This document shows, piece by piece, positions 26,721-39,559 of a stretch of DNA of 64,000 nucleotides. The DNA is taken from the NCBI GenBank assembly GCA_028534125.1, contig CM052850.1, forward strand, positions 5,952,001 to 6,016,000. Direction: 5' to 3'. Under the pieces are notes generated by a model that saw only the letters and a list, made by a program, of their open reading frames with translations, made no database searches and was not told the origin of the DNA. Position numbers and translations under genes: made by a program. This stretch comes from Lama glama. Lineage: Eukaryota. How positions within the stretch are numbered: the first letter of the stretch is position 1; each line of letters opens with the position of its first letter.

Positions 26721-28920
26721 TCTAATGAAGACTTCAAAACATTTGCTAAAAAAATTTTTTTTAAATGCGATGACGAATTTCTTTCACCTGCCTGGTGATG
26801 AGACTGTTCGTGCAGAGCTCTGAGGAGGACGGCAAGAACAGCCAGCTCCAAGTACAGGGCAGTTAGTTCTACTAGAAAAGACCACCTCGGTCAGCTTAAG
26901 CGAGCCCTCTGCCAGCTCACGATGGCTTGCTAATGGTACAGAAAGATGCGAGCTAGAATGAGTCTGGGCAAGTGGAAGCCATCACGCTTTCCTAAAACAC
27001 AGCCAGTATCCTCTGGATGGTGGGTCTGCAGCGGGCCTCCCATTTGCACATCCTTGGTGGGGAGAGAACAGATGCCCTACTGTAGCTGACTCCTTCCTCG
27101 GGGTTGGCCGAGGAGCCAGCCGAGAAGAGTGAGGACACGCTTCCAGATGGAAGCCTTAATTCTGAGCCGACAGTGTAAACATCGTGCTTTTTGTGCGTTA
27201 TCAACTTTGCCAAGCCAGCAGGACGTGCTTCCCCATGATTAATCAAGCAATGTGCTGTTTACAGGGGGTCAGTTCTGGGCTGGGCCCTCTGCTGAGGCTG
27301 GGGCTCTAGAAAGTTGTTAAGCCGTGGTCTCTGCCTGCAAGTCCAGTCAGAGCTATGATACGGGAAACAGCAGAATTCGGGATTAGAGATTAATTAAGAA
27401 ATGCACTTATGTGCTTTAAGAATTGGGAGAGGATGGCATGTCTGAGCATTGGAGTAGTCAAAGTGGGCTTCAGTGGGGAGAGGAACGTATGCTGGGACTT
27501 AAAGGGGGTGAAGGATAGAAGGAGGAGGAGGAAGGACATGTCAGGGAAGGGAGAGGGCAGAGGCTCAGAGACAGGCACGGACACCCCCATCGCGCTAGCC
27601 TGTTCTCTCTGTGCCCCTCTCTCCCTTACAACAGAACGCCACAGTCTGAATGCAGCCGTAATGATGTTGCAGGTTGGCTGGGAACGCCACCTCCCCACCC
27701 CCGACACCAGGGTCAGGAAAACAGGCCTGCCCCACGATGCAGAGTTACATGCTCACTGGGTGGATGATCTCTGCCTCGTCCAGTTGCTTTGGAAGCATGA
27801 ACCCCTGACTGTCTTTGTATCATGTGAGTGTCTTTGGCCAGATCCGGCTGACCGATGAATTCACCCTGCCTGATCAAGCCACTGATGAGGAAACCAAAAC
27901 AATCGCAGAGTTAGGCCTTTTGTCACTTTCCATAAGTGACGGGAGGAGGGGGAAGAGCTGGGTTCAACTTCCAGCTTCTCTTTGCTTTGGTCCATCTTTG
28001 GTTGGTGAGCACTGGGCCCGAGCCCAAGGTCCTGGTGCGTATAGCTAGCATCTGGCCAGGAACAGAGGGAGCCATGGACAGCTAGTGAACAAAATCAAAC
28101 TAATAGGTGGCAGGTTCTCTCCTCCACTTCCTCTCCTCCCCCTCCAAAACCCAATACAAGAGAGGAATCCTGGAAAACCAGAAGAACAAAGCTGACAGCA
28201 TGCAGAGATGTGTGGGTGGGAAGCCAGGGAGGGAGGAGGCAGGGCAGGACAGTTGTTGTGTGTGTGTGTGTTTTTAAATTAATGATGGGAAGGATTTGAA
28301 GACTTGTACGACGGCTTTGCCAGCAAAAATGTAATTAGCTGAAGACAATATGCTGCTGATGTTGGAGCTGTGGTTTAATGAAGCCTGCCCTAATGAGAAC
28401 GTCAGGGTCTTGCTCAGAGACTGCCTTCACAACCAGGCCTCTTCTCCAGATTTTGTGCTTGATTAGTTCCACAGAAAAATTGAATTATAATATTTTTTTA
28501 AGAGGGAGGAACAAGAGCCACAGCACTTAGTGTATGGCCCCAGAGGAGAGCCTTTTGACTGTCAGTCTTCCCTCTGCCTCCCCTCTTTGATGTCCGACAA
28601 AGCTTGCTGGCAAGGGATGAGGGGCTTAGAGATCTCAGTGTATGATGCACTAATTGTGTTCCTACCTCAGCATCTCCCCCAGTCCTTAAGTCCCTCACCT
28701 GTCCCTTTGCCACAGTGCTTCATCTCTAATATGCATCTTACTTGATGTCAAGATTGGGTCACAGCGGGAGTGTTACAAGAGATGTGGCCATGGTTGCCCA
28801 TCGTTCCCAGCACAGTGGGTCAAGTAAGTTACAAGTTAGAGGAGATTTATGAGCTGAAAGCCATGTCTGGAGAGTTTTGCTAACCTCTGTATTTGACCAG
28901 CATTGAATGACTTGCATCAG

Positions 28921-29346
28921 GGGTGACCATCATCCTTGTTTGGGTCCTAATGTAAAACATGACATTCAGGGTTTCTCCTACCTTTTCCAAATCTGTTGGC
29001 CTGCAGTCTTTTGGGTGATCTAACCAATGCAGGTTCTAATTTTCCTGAAATTGTTCAAGCCACACATTTTCTCCCCAGTCTATCTTCTACATGCGTGTTA
29101 TATTATGGAACACGTCTACTGTTCCTCGTAGGTCTCTGACCCCAGGTCAGGGGCTTACACACAGCAAAGAGACCTGAGTCTATGTGCAAGTGTGGCAGGC
29201 TCTGCTCAAGGAAATAATTGAGCATCTGTACCCGTTGACCCTGAAGGTGTTTGATTTCACTTAGAAAACATCCACCCAAGAACAAGATGTCTTCATAGAT
29301 CTTCCTTGCCCACATTAGAACGTCAGCCTGGTAAGTATGGTCACCC
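28921..29346. mobile_element. hAT-Blackjack-like non-autonomous element (terminal inverted repeats)
   Basis: Perfect 10-bp inverted repeat GGGTGACCAT (28921-28930) / ATGGTCACCC (29337-29346), like MER81/MER94 termini. No clear TSD. Confidence 0.55.
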
Positions 29347-29639
29347 TTGGCACAATTAAATTATTGCTTGAAATTATGCTTTTGGTCAACCTAGTGACCA
29401 AATTTAACCGATCAGCTTAATTGAAGAAGACTGGGAGCATCTGGGGCAGGCAGTGAAGACAGAGCGTAGACATTTGGGAATCCTCACTTGCATAACCCTA
29501 AGAGTTAGGTGTGAGAGCAAGACCATCCAGGGCTTAATTTAGGGAAGATAGAAAGCTGGAGAATTGGAGCCCAGGCTACCATGGTGGAACCCCTTTCTGC
29601 TCAACAATGTCATAAAATAACATCATTAAGATCAGTGGG

Positions 29640-29830
29640 TGAGCCTTGGTTCAGCCTCATGCTACCACAGAAACTTGGGCAAGTTATTTATCCCCTCTGA
29701 GCTCCTGTTTCCTCATCGAAAAATATAATTTTTACAATTTGTATTTATTGGTAGGATTAAATAAGATAATAAATGTGGTTCACCATGCACCATGTTTGGC
29801 ACATGGTAAGTACTTTACAAGTGGCAGTTA
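29640..29830 (+). mobile_element. MIR
   Basis: CTTGGGCAAGTTATTTATCCCCTCTGAGCTCCTGTTTCCTCATC...GGATTAAATAAGATAAT...TGGCACATGGTAAGTACT. Confidence 0.65.
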
Positions 29831-32800
29831 TCATCATGTCATCTCCATTGTGCCGATCCTATAGGAATAAGGCAGGGTGTGCACAGAATTACAAGGTAAG
29901 ACAGGAATTCAGGGGAAGAATTAAGTATGTGTGATGGGATTGCTGTAGGAAGCTGAGAAATGCTTTCGTAGTGGTTTGTAGACTTTGAGATCCTTACAAA
30001 GCTAACCATCAGCCCTGTGGGACTGTCACCTCTCCCAGTACAGACACTGTGCCACTGGAGGGTCTCCTGTGAAACAGAACCTGGGCAGGGCTCCTGAACA
30101 CTTGACTGGACCCTGCCACACCAGACCTCATGGCAGTCATGATGTTAAACTTGGACCTCTGTGTGTGGGACAGAAATATGATCAAGGCCCACATCTCTGT
30201 GAAGGGCCTTCTGCCAGTCCCCTCACTAGCAGGCACCTCCTGAACAGGACATTAATGGTTCATTTCAGTTTTCAGCTGAGGAAGAAAAGATGTTTCAAAT
30301 CTTCACTGGTTCAGAGAGCGATGTAGATGAATAGGTACCAAATTCAGGGAAATCTTGACATCTTGACTCTCTTCCCCTTCTATTTCTGACTTTTTTCATC
30401 TGAAGTCACTGGAGCCCCCCAAGGTGTCTTGCATAAGGTCTGCCTTCAGTGACTAGTTTTTAATGTTGGTTTTCATTTGCTCAGCCCCGGCTGCTGCCCA
30501 CATTGCTGTTAGGTCTCCAAGGCCTCCTCTCCTCCCCTCGGGCTGGGAGGCCTGACTTTTGGGGAGGTGGGAGGAAGAGGGGTTTAACGACGCCATTATG
30601 TTCCAAAAGAAAGAGGGTTAAAGTCTAATGGTCATTAGCATACACTGTGCCAGCTGCCTCTTCTGTTACTTGTTCAATAATTCCCTTAATGTTTGGTCCT
30701 AATGGAGCAGATTATTGTTATTATTTTATTTCATCAAGATCACCTACTGCATAAAAACAAAGAGGAAAGAAGGGAAAGGAACGTGGCCAAGAATAGGCAT
30801 GGAGCATTATTCAGCTGGAGATATTTATTTATTGGCTTCATGCTTGGCTTGTGAAGCTTTGAAGGGCTGGTGCACGTAGCCCACGGAGGGAGCCTGTCTC
30901 ACGCAGCTCTGCCCATGGGTTGCTTAGACAACGACCCGGAGTGCTTTTGCTTCTGTGGGGACCCTTTTATCTCCCAGCCCGCCTGTCATGCACAATACGC
31001 ACATCCGTGCACGTGCATGCACGCACATACATACTCACACACGTGGATTATGCATGGGGCCAGCCTCTTCACACAGCACTGACTGGGGCTCCATCTGTAA
31101 TGTCTAACTGAACAGCGGCATCTCAGAAATTTGCTAAGTCTACATATAGACGGGGTGGAGGACCTCAGCTTTGCCCCAGTCACCTGATTCCTCACAGCTC
31201 TCCCACCCTGCAGTGATGTGGGCCAGTCTTTGGAATGAGGGGACCCACTAGGGTAGCTTTGGATCCGGAAAACCCAGCCTGTGGCAGGCTGCCTCTGTCA
31301 CCCTGCTTCATCCAAGCTCCCCTCAACCTTAGCCTTCTCATTGAGGCAAACGGCACGTCCCCAAAGCTACGGATGATCAGGGAGCTCTGAGCTCCTGGTG
31401 AACACATGTACTCCCTTGCTTTACTTTGGGACAGCAAAGTCAAGGCTCTGAGGTAAGAAAAATCCCAAGAAGGAAAAAAAGCAGCTCTATTAAAAAGTGT
31501 CTGAAAGAGGACAGTGCACAATAGCCCAGGCCGACTCCAGCACGCCAGCCTCCGGGCACCTCCCCTGCGGAGCTTCGGGCGCTCATTAGATGAAGCTGCT
31601 GAGTTTCATAGAGATGCTGAAGACAGACTTCCCAGGTTAAAGAAGGAAGACAGTGACCAAACCTCACAGAATTAGAACTTCCAGACCTGGGAAAAGAAAA
31701 AACATTAAAAGCCGTGAAGTTAAGTTTCCTCTTGAGAAGAACTTAATGTGCATAGCCTCTTTGGGTTGGGAGGGCCCTCAAATGCCAACCTACCTCACTT
31801 AGGGGGCTCTTGGTCTTAGAACTTATCTCTTGCTTATATACGGAAGGTTGTCTGGTTCCTATCTTCATCCCCCCAAATGGCATTTTAATGAGAGATCTTG
31901 GGGGACACCCTGTATCTTCCCTAAGCTTTGGCTACTTGGACCTGGAAGGGTGGGGAAGGGGTTCTGCAGCGTCTCTTGGCAGCAGACTCACGCTGTCTCA
32001 GGCCCCAGTGAGAGGCTAGCCATGCGGGGTGGGGGGGATGTGCGGGCCACATCAGAAACCCCAGAGGACATACTGAAGCCTCTTAATTAATGATGTGGCA
32101 ACTGGAAAGCATTTCCACAATTATAGACTTCAGAAAACCCCCAAGGGGAGGTAATGTCCCTAATAACCCATAAATTGAACTCCCCATTTAATATGCTTAA
32201 CGGGTAGCTCTCATCTTCCATTTGGGAAGGAGATGGGCAGGGGATAATGGGTTTCTGTTCAGCAGCCACCATGGAAAAGGGAATCTGCCAGAAGAGCAAA
32301 CCAAGGGGCCTTCCCTTCTAGTTTAGGGACTCTTGGCAGTAAAGGGACCATCAAGGTCCAGGATGTATTCCTGCAATTCTGATGGCATTTTCCAGTTTCC
32401 AAGGCCCTATTATGCCTTTGGGGAGAGGACTGGGTCTGCTCACTGGCTACTTGGAGTTGGTAGCCTGCCTCTGAAGGATCGTTTCCTTGGTCTGTAGCTG
32501 CTGCCATTACGGGTCAGGACACGCTCACAAACATTGTGTCCACTATTAGTTTACCAGTTTAGAGCTATTTCCAGGTTGATGGGGATCAGTGTTAGAATCA
32601 GGAAACGTTCAAGTTGGAAGGGGCGATGTATGTATTTCACCCCATCTGATAGATGAAGGCCTGGCGTAGGTTCAGAGAGGGTGTGCAGCTGGCTGCGTAG
32701 TGCTGCAAGTTTATTGATGACCTTCAAGCTATTGGAAATGTAGGTCTAGTTTTCCACTGGGCTCAGAGAAACAGGGTTGGATGGGACCTTAATAAGTCAT

Positions 32801-33559
32801 CTATCCCCCTTTTCCGTTCCCAACCCCTGGGACATTTGGATGGAGACTAGAATATGACCAGCATTGCCATATGGGCCTGCACAGTTTTTCCTCCTCTTGT
32901 TCTGTCTTCTTTGAAAGCTGGAGGTAGATGTGAATGGTCAGTGTCAGATATGGGAAAGGGCCTTTGCCCTTGACCTCTGGGCTTTGTTACGGGGGAGAAA
33001 TAGCTGACACGGGCCACCAAACTTGTCTGCCGGAGTCTTTCTTTTGAACCACCATTTAATTCCTTTAGGAACGTAATTTGAATTCAATGTGTCCACTTGC
33101 CTTGAGGGATAATTAATTATGTTTCAGATTCACTCTTCTGGTTACTCCTAGGGTGAAGCTAAGCTTTGAAATGTGAACTGATTGATTGGCTGCAGCCCCT
33201 CGACAGATGGTAGCTGGAAACATAATCTCAGCTTTTCCGTTTCTCTGCCAAGGGTCCACAAAAGCCAGGTGACAAAGCCCTGAACTTTGGTGATATTTGA
33301 TAAGTCCAGATTCTTTATTTGGGGGTTTACTGAGCATATGACACTAACTTGAGATAATAGAAGGATTCCGCTGTCCCCTGAGTTGTTACCTAGTCTTCCA
33401 CCTCAGTCCAAGATGTCTTTACCCATCACAGCTTCTTCTGTTATAAAGAAAAGAAGTAATTGCAGGCTATTGCCTGTCCCGGTGATCTGTTTTTAATCTT
33501 CCTTTTGTGCCTACACTTACCTTTAAAAACCTAACTATACAGATTATTTCCTCTAACTC

Positions 33560-33690
33560 AAATGTAAACCACACGAGCTCAGGACCTCTCTCTGTATTAT
33601 TCACTGCGGTTTCCCCATGACGGTGACCATCAGAAAAACGCCTTGCTAAAGTGAACTGAATGATCGAGTAATGAATTGAATGAACGAGTG
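33560..33690 (+). mobile_element. L2 3' tail
   Basis: TGTAAACCAC...TGTATTATTCACTGCGGTTTCCCCA...GAATGATCGAGTAATGAATTGAATGAA. Confidence 0.55.
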
Positions 33691-34647
33691 ACATAAGCAA
33701 CTAACTTATATAAGCTTTGCTTGCAGGCGCACAGATGATGTCTATATTGAAGTTTTCTCAAAGTTGACCCCCGCTTCCTCCCTTTCTCCTGCTCTCCCTT
33801 CCTTCCAGAATTATTGAACACTTGCTTCATGGAAGGCACTATGATTGACCCTGGAGCTAGGTGCCCTCTGCTCTCATGAAGTCTGTAATTTAGTAGCTGA
33901 GATTGGCAAGCAGAGCAAAGATAGCAGTACTTGTGGTTAGTTATGCGGAGGGTTCTGTGGGTGGTTCAGTGAAACCAGGAAAGAGCTGGCCGAGGTCATG
34001 TCACTGAATTGCCTCTGAAGGACAAGTAACGGTTGGCTAAGGGAGGGAGGGGTGACCCAGACCCAGGATGAATACCCAGGTGAGATAATGAGACAGTCGT
34101 GTGGTCGGCCTGCGTGACTGGGATAAACGCAAAAGGGAAATCTGCCTAGAACTTTCTATCCCTGAGCAATCACCATCAATGTTATATAAACCATTGTTAC
34201 ATAAATATTCCCAAATCTGCAAATTATCTGACAAACCTCATACTACTCTCTCAGGTAAGTGCCGAAAATGTTAGTTTCCTGATAAAATAAAAGCTGATTT
34301 CATTTGTTTGATCTCTATTAAAGCCAGTAGAAATGATTTATTGATTTTTAAAAAGACAAATATATTTTTTTGCAAGCATCTTTTTAACAGATGTGGAGAT
34401 CTCATATACCCCAGACACACTTCAAGTTACAAAATGTTAACAGTTTTGAGGAAAATCAATAGAATAATCAGAAAACTCATGGAAACATGAATAAAGAGCA
34501 AAACAATTCCATCTCTTGCTGTCAGTGTTATTTTTTTAATGTTTAAAGTTTGTAGCTTATTACCTGCTGCTTGGGTCCAGAGGTACCTTAATGCTTTTTT
34601 TTGTTTTTTGGTTTTGTTTTGTTTTTAATGCTATAAAAAATGAAGCT

Positions 34648-34800
34648 CACAACAAAAAAGAATGCAACAATGAATATATGTATGTTCATGTATAACTGAA
34701 AAATAGTGCTCTACACTGGAAGTTGACGCAACATTAGAAACTGACTATAACTCAATAAAAAAAAGTCAAATAATTAATTAATTAATTAATTAATTTAAAA
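34648..34800 (+). mobile_element. Short lineage-specific L1 3' end with A/TTAA tail
   Basis: AATGAATATATGTATGTTCATGTATAACTGAAAAA...CTGACTATAACTCAATAAAAAAAA. TGAAGCT occurs on both flanks (34641-34647, 34807-34813). Confidence 0.75.
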
Positions 34801-34994
34801 AAACATTGAAGCTAATACTTAAATGAAGAACATACTCTGAACACAGCTAGGGAGAGACAGAAACTCAAAGCCAGATGTACGTATATGAAGCCAGTGTGAT
34901 GACGTGGCCTCCTGTGTTTGCCACTGAGCTCATGTTCACACGAACTGAGGTTGAATGCTTGGAGGAAGCTTGTTCCTCCCAACAAAATTTCTTT

Positions 34995-35229
34995 TTTTTT
35001 TTTTATTGAAGTAGATTTGATTTACAATATTGTGTTAGTTTCAGGTATACGGCAAAGTGATTCAGTTACATATTTTTTTCCATTATAAGTTATTACAGGA
35101 TATTGAATACAGTTCCCTGTGCTGCACCGTAGGACCTTGTTGCTTATCTGTTTTATATATAGTGGTATGTATCTGTTAATCCTCCTAATTTATCCTCCCC
35201 TGCTTCCCTCTGTAACCGTAAGTCTACTG
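34995..35229 (-). mobile_element. 5'-truncated L1 3' end (cetartiodactyl type), antisense
   Basis: poly-T then TTATTGAAGTAGATTTGATTTACAATATTGTGTTAGTTTCAGGTATAC...GTGATTCAGTTA...AGTTCCCTGTGCT. TSD acaaaatttcttt (34982-34994) / acaaactttcttt (35230-35242). Confidence 0.8.
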
Positions 35230-36644
35230 ACAAACTTTCTTTTGTCCGAAGAGAAGACTGTACAGCTCACCTTGCTCTTTTTGACTTGGTTATTAAGAAC
35301 CTCCCAGCTGTCGCCCTGCTTGACCTCGGGGTTCTTTCTATTCCATTTGCCACCTCTTGGTTTCTTTAGATTAGTTGAAAGACAAGTCCTAGCGCACCTG
35401 TGACTTTCATTGAACCTGCTCAGAATCCCCAGTGGAAGTAGAAAGGTTAAAAATAATGATAACATCGAAGAACTATGGTTTATCACAGAGGTGCAAAAGC
35501 AATCAAATTTGAGCACTGGATTTGCACGTCCTCACCGTGGAAGGCACATTAGCAACGTGGCTACACCCGTGCCTTTTCCCAGAGCCCCTGTGCACGTAGT
35601 TCTCCAACCTATACTCTTCCCACTGGTTAGAACCAATAAGCAACTGGGGGGAATCTGTGTAGAGATTTTACAAATTATTATTACAACATATTATTATGAA
35701 GTAATATTACACATTAATGTCATACAGCATTATGTATATTATTACTTCCATTGTAGTCCACAGTTGGTAAGTCATCACAAAGTGTTGTGACACCTGCCTG
35801 TGTTATAGAAGCAGAGAGACTGTTTCATAACCAGACAGTCTGAGAATTCCTTTTCCCTGCGTCTGTGCCGAGTTTCACCTAATGGCTGGAGCTCATTGCT
35901 AGTAACTGATTATTAAAAAGTTGAGGTCATCTGGAGTCACTGACTCTAAGGAGACAAAATGATTTGCTAAACCAAGGTTAGAACTGCTGAATGCACTGGC
36001 TTCGCCAAATGAAAACTTGTGTTCTAGCTCACTCTAAGTTGTTATTTTAAAAAAATAGCATAAAATACTGCTAATTGAGTGTCTAGGGGGTCTAGGGGAC
36101 TTTAGATTAATTTAACCTAACAAAATCATGCCATGAAAAGAGCAGTGGAGGATGATCTGGACCTAGAACCAGTTCTGCACCCCCTAGTTTTGTCGTTTCT
36201 CTGAACCTTTGTTTCTTCATCAGGAAAGGAGGGGCTGAGCCCAGAGATTTCCAGTGGGTCTTACAGTTGAAAGAGAACACAGATCTCTTTGTTAAAATTC
36301 AACTAAATTGAGAGTCTGATGGTGTCCCCCAGGCAGGTAGTGATGTGTGATGCACAGTCCTATTTTAGCATGGAGGCCTTGAACAGTGCCTGTCTTGGCC
36401 CGGCCAGCTGACCTAGGCTTGGACACTGAGTGGGTGCTTGGTGGAAGGTCCTATGTTTACGATAGTGGCTCTTGGACCCAGTGTCAGCTAGTTGTGCACT
36501 TGGAGTCGTTTCTCTTTTTCCTTCGAGAGGTGAGGATGGATCTAGGTGGAACCACCCACACTCTCCTACTCTACCCTCTTACAGTGCCTGACATAGATGC
36601 CATGGTGTCTACGTCTCCAGTGAGCAGAGCTCATTCAGGGTGAC

Positions 36645-36810
36645 TGTAGCCTGGTGGTTAAGAAGGTAGACTCTGGAGTAGGAGTCATTTTGGTCCCATT
36701 CCAGTCCTACAATTCATTTTCTGTGTGACCTTGGACAAGTTATTCAACCTCTGTGCCCCAGCCTTTTCAAATGTAATCTGGAGAAATCGTTGACCCTACC
36801 TCCTAGAGTT
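36645..36810 (+). mobile_element. MIR
   Basis: GTGGTTAAGAAGGTAGACTCTGGAGT...CTGTGTGACCTTGGACAAGTTATTCAACCTCTGTGCCCCAG...CCTACCTCCTAGAGTT. Confidence 0.7.
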
Positions 36811-37641
36811 GAAAGTGTAGCGCATTTGGGACAAATGTGTGATACGGAGTGACCGCCCCATAATGGACCACTGTCCTGCTTTATTACTGCGTAATGTGGG
36901 GCATGAACCTATGGCCTGGATCTTGTCACATCCTGCGGTGAGCACCTGCAAGGGGAATCATAGAGGAGGAGAGGAAGGGGCTGCTGCGGACCTGTCTACG
37001 AGCAGGCGCGGTGGAGTTTAAACCATTCCTGGGAGGCTGATGTTTATGCTCCTCTCACGGCTCTTTAGGGAATAAAATCACCTCGCGCTTTCACTAGCCT
37101 AATTCAGTGTCTGACAATTTCCGTCACTCGGAAAGTTATTCCTTCTGTGTGGCTTAATTACTTATTGTTGCAGTTTCAATTTGGGGTGATGGAAAGGATA
37201 GTGGATCTGACTCTGAGATAAAGGATCTGCCAAAAAACCACTGAATTGGACTCAAACACTTACCCTCAGCACATGGGTGCAGGGGTCGGTCCCGCCCTGC
37301 TCAGGCGCCCCAGCGGCTCTGTGTGCACGTCTGCGGGAATGCCTGGAGGGGTGGGTGATGGATGGTGGGGAGGAGGGGTGGCCCTTAGCCGGGACCTGGA
37401 ATGCTGGGCTCTGGACTCCCATCCCCGCTTCCCATCCCCAACTTCATAGTCATGCTTTCTCTGTACTTGCTTGAGAGATTTCACCAGGAGAAAGGGTTCT
37501 GCAGATAAAAGAAAAATTTGAAAACCTAGAGGCCAGTGTATGTCCTCGACCAGCCACCTGGCATGACACGTCACTTGGCAGCTGACGCTGTTGCTTCTTG
37601 TCTCAGTTCTTCTGAGCTGCCCGTTTGAAAGCAGCAACATC

Positions 37642-37642
<1 letters not shown>

Positions 37643-37688
<46 letters not shown>

Positions 37689-37690
37689 TG
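37643..37690. repeat. (TG)19 microsatellite with imperfect extension
   Basis: Perfect TG run 37643-37680, then TATGTGTGTG. Confidence 0.95.
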
Positions 37691-38786
37691 CATGCTCCTT
37701 TGCTCACAGTGGTGCCGGGAGAGGGAGGATAAATGGGAAGATTTACACGGAGAGAAACTTTATAAATCCAAAGCGTAATTATTACGAGACTGGAAAAAGC
37801 CCCCTCTGATACATTTGAGGGACTTATCTTGACCCAGCCTTGCGTGGGTGGGCCCCCTGGAAATTAATAGAGGGTTTTCATCTCTAGCCTGTATGATGGG
37901 GTGGCAGTGATTGAAGCCCAAGGTTGAGCGCAGAATCATCTGGCACGCCCCCGCCTCATGAAATAGGTTCGGAGGGATATTGACCCAAATAAAGGGAGTG
38001 AATACAGATTGCACACGGGAAGATTTATACCCACTGAGTGCTGTGCAGCAACGGGCTTGCCAGCCCTTCCTTCCAAACCCTGCCCCGGGTGCACGTCACG
38101 GCAAGGTCTTCGGTCTCGCCGAGCCCTGCATCCTCGCCTGTGACAGACAACTGAGTGGTGTGCGGGTTTTTAAGTAACAGCCTTAGAGGATGGCCTTGGA
38201 GCATGAGAAGGTTCAGAAGAAAACCCCTCCGCCAGTCTGACTCCAGGACATGGGCCCCCTCTCCTGAGCTGTAGCAGGATCGGGAGCATCACTCAGGGCT
38301 GTGTGAGTGGGAGAGAGCTGTCTCACAAAGCAGCAGTGTCTCCTAAAGAGGCACATCCAAAGGATGAGAGTCCTCCGCACACTTGGTTGTGAGTGCCTAG
38401 CGGATGTAGACGTCTCCTTGGATTGGCCGCTGGCTTTCTCCCGCTGAGCAATGACTCCAGCGGAGACATTTAAGGTTAGGCTGACTGCCTTGGTTCCCTG
38501 TGATACACTCTGTGAGGTGCTTGACACAGTTACATAACTTGGTCCTTACACCACCCTGTGAGAGTAAGGGGTATCTTCTCCAGGCATCTGAGGTTTCTGA
38601 TTTACAGAATTTGCTGATCATTGGTGGAGCCAGAGTTAGAATCTGTACGTGATTGATTTTCAGATGTGAAACAGGAAGAAACCAGATGCTATCCTGTTGC
38701 TAAAAGCTGGCCCGAAACCAGCTTTACATGTAGCAGATTTGCCTTAACAAACTAACCCTTTCCCCTATTTCTGCAGCTGAAATGAT

Positions 38787-38807
38787 ACACACACACACAC
38801 ACACACA
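38787..38807. repeat. (AC)10 microsatellite
   Basis: Read directly. Confidence 0.9.
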
Positions 38808-38991
38808 ATCCCAAAGACTTCTTTCTTCTTCAAATTGTTCGCTAAGCCAGAAGCAACTGTGGGCCACTTGAAATGATGCACTGGCCATCCGAGTTCAATT
38901 TTTCTTTTGCCTTGAACACCAATCACAGCAGACTGACCCTTTGCTGCTGAGTGGAGCTTGCTGTAAGCGCTCACTGCACCTGATTGACTGA

Positions 38992-39559
<568 letters not shown>

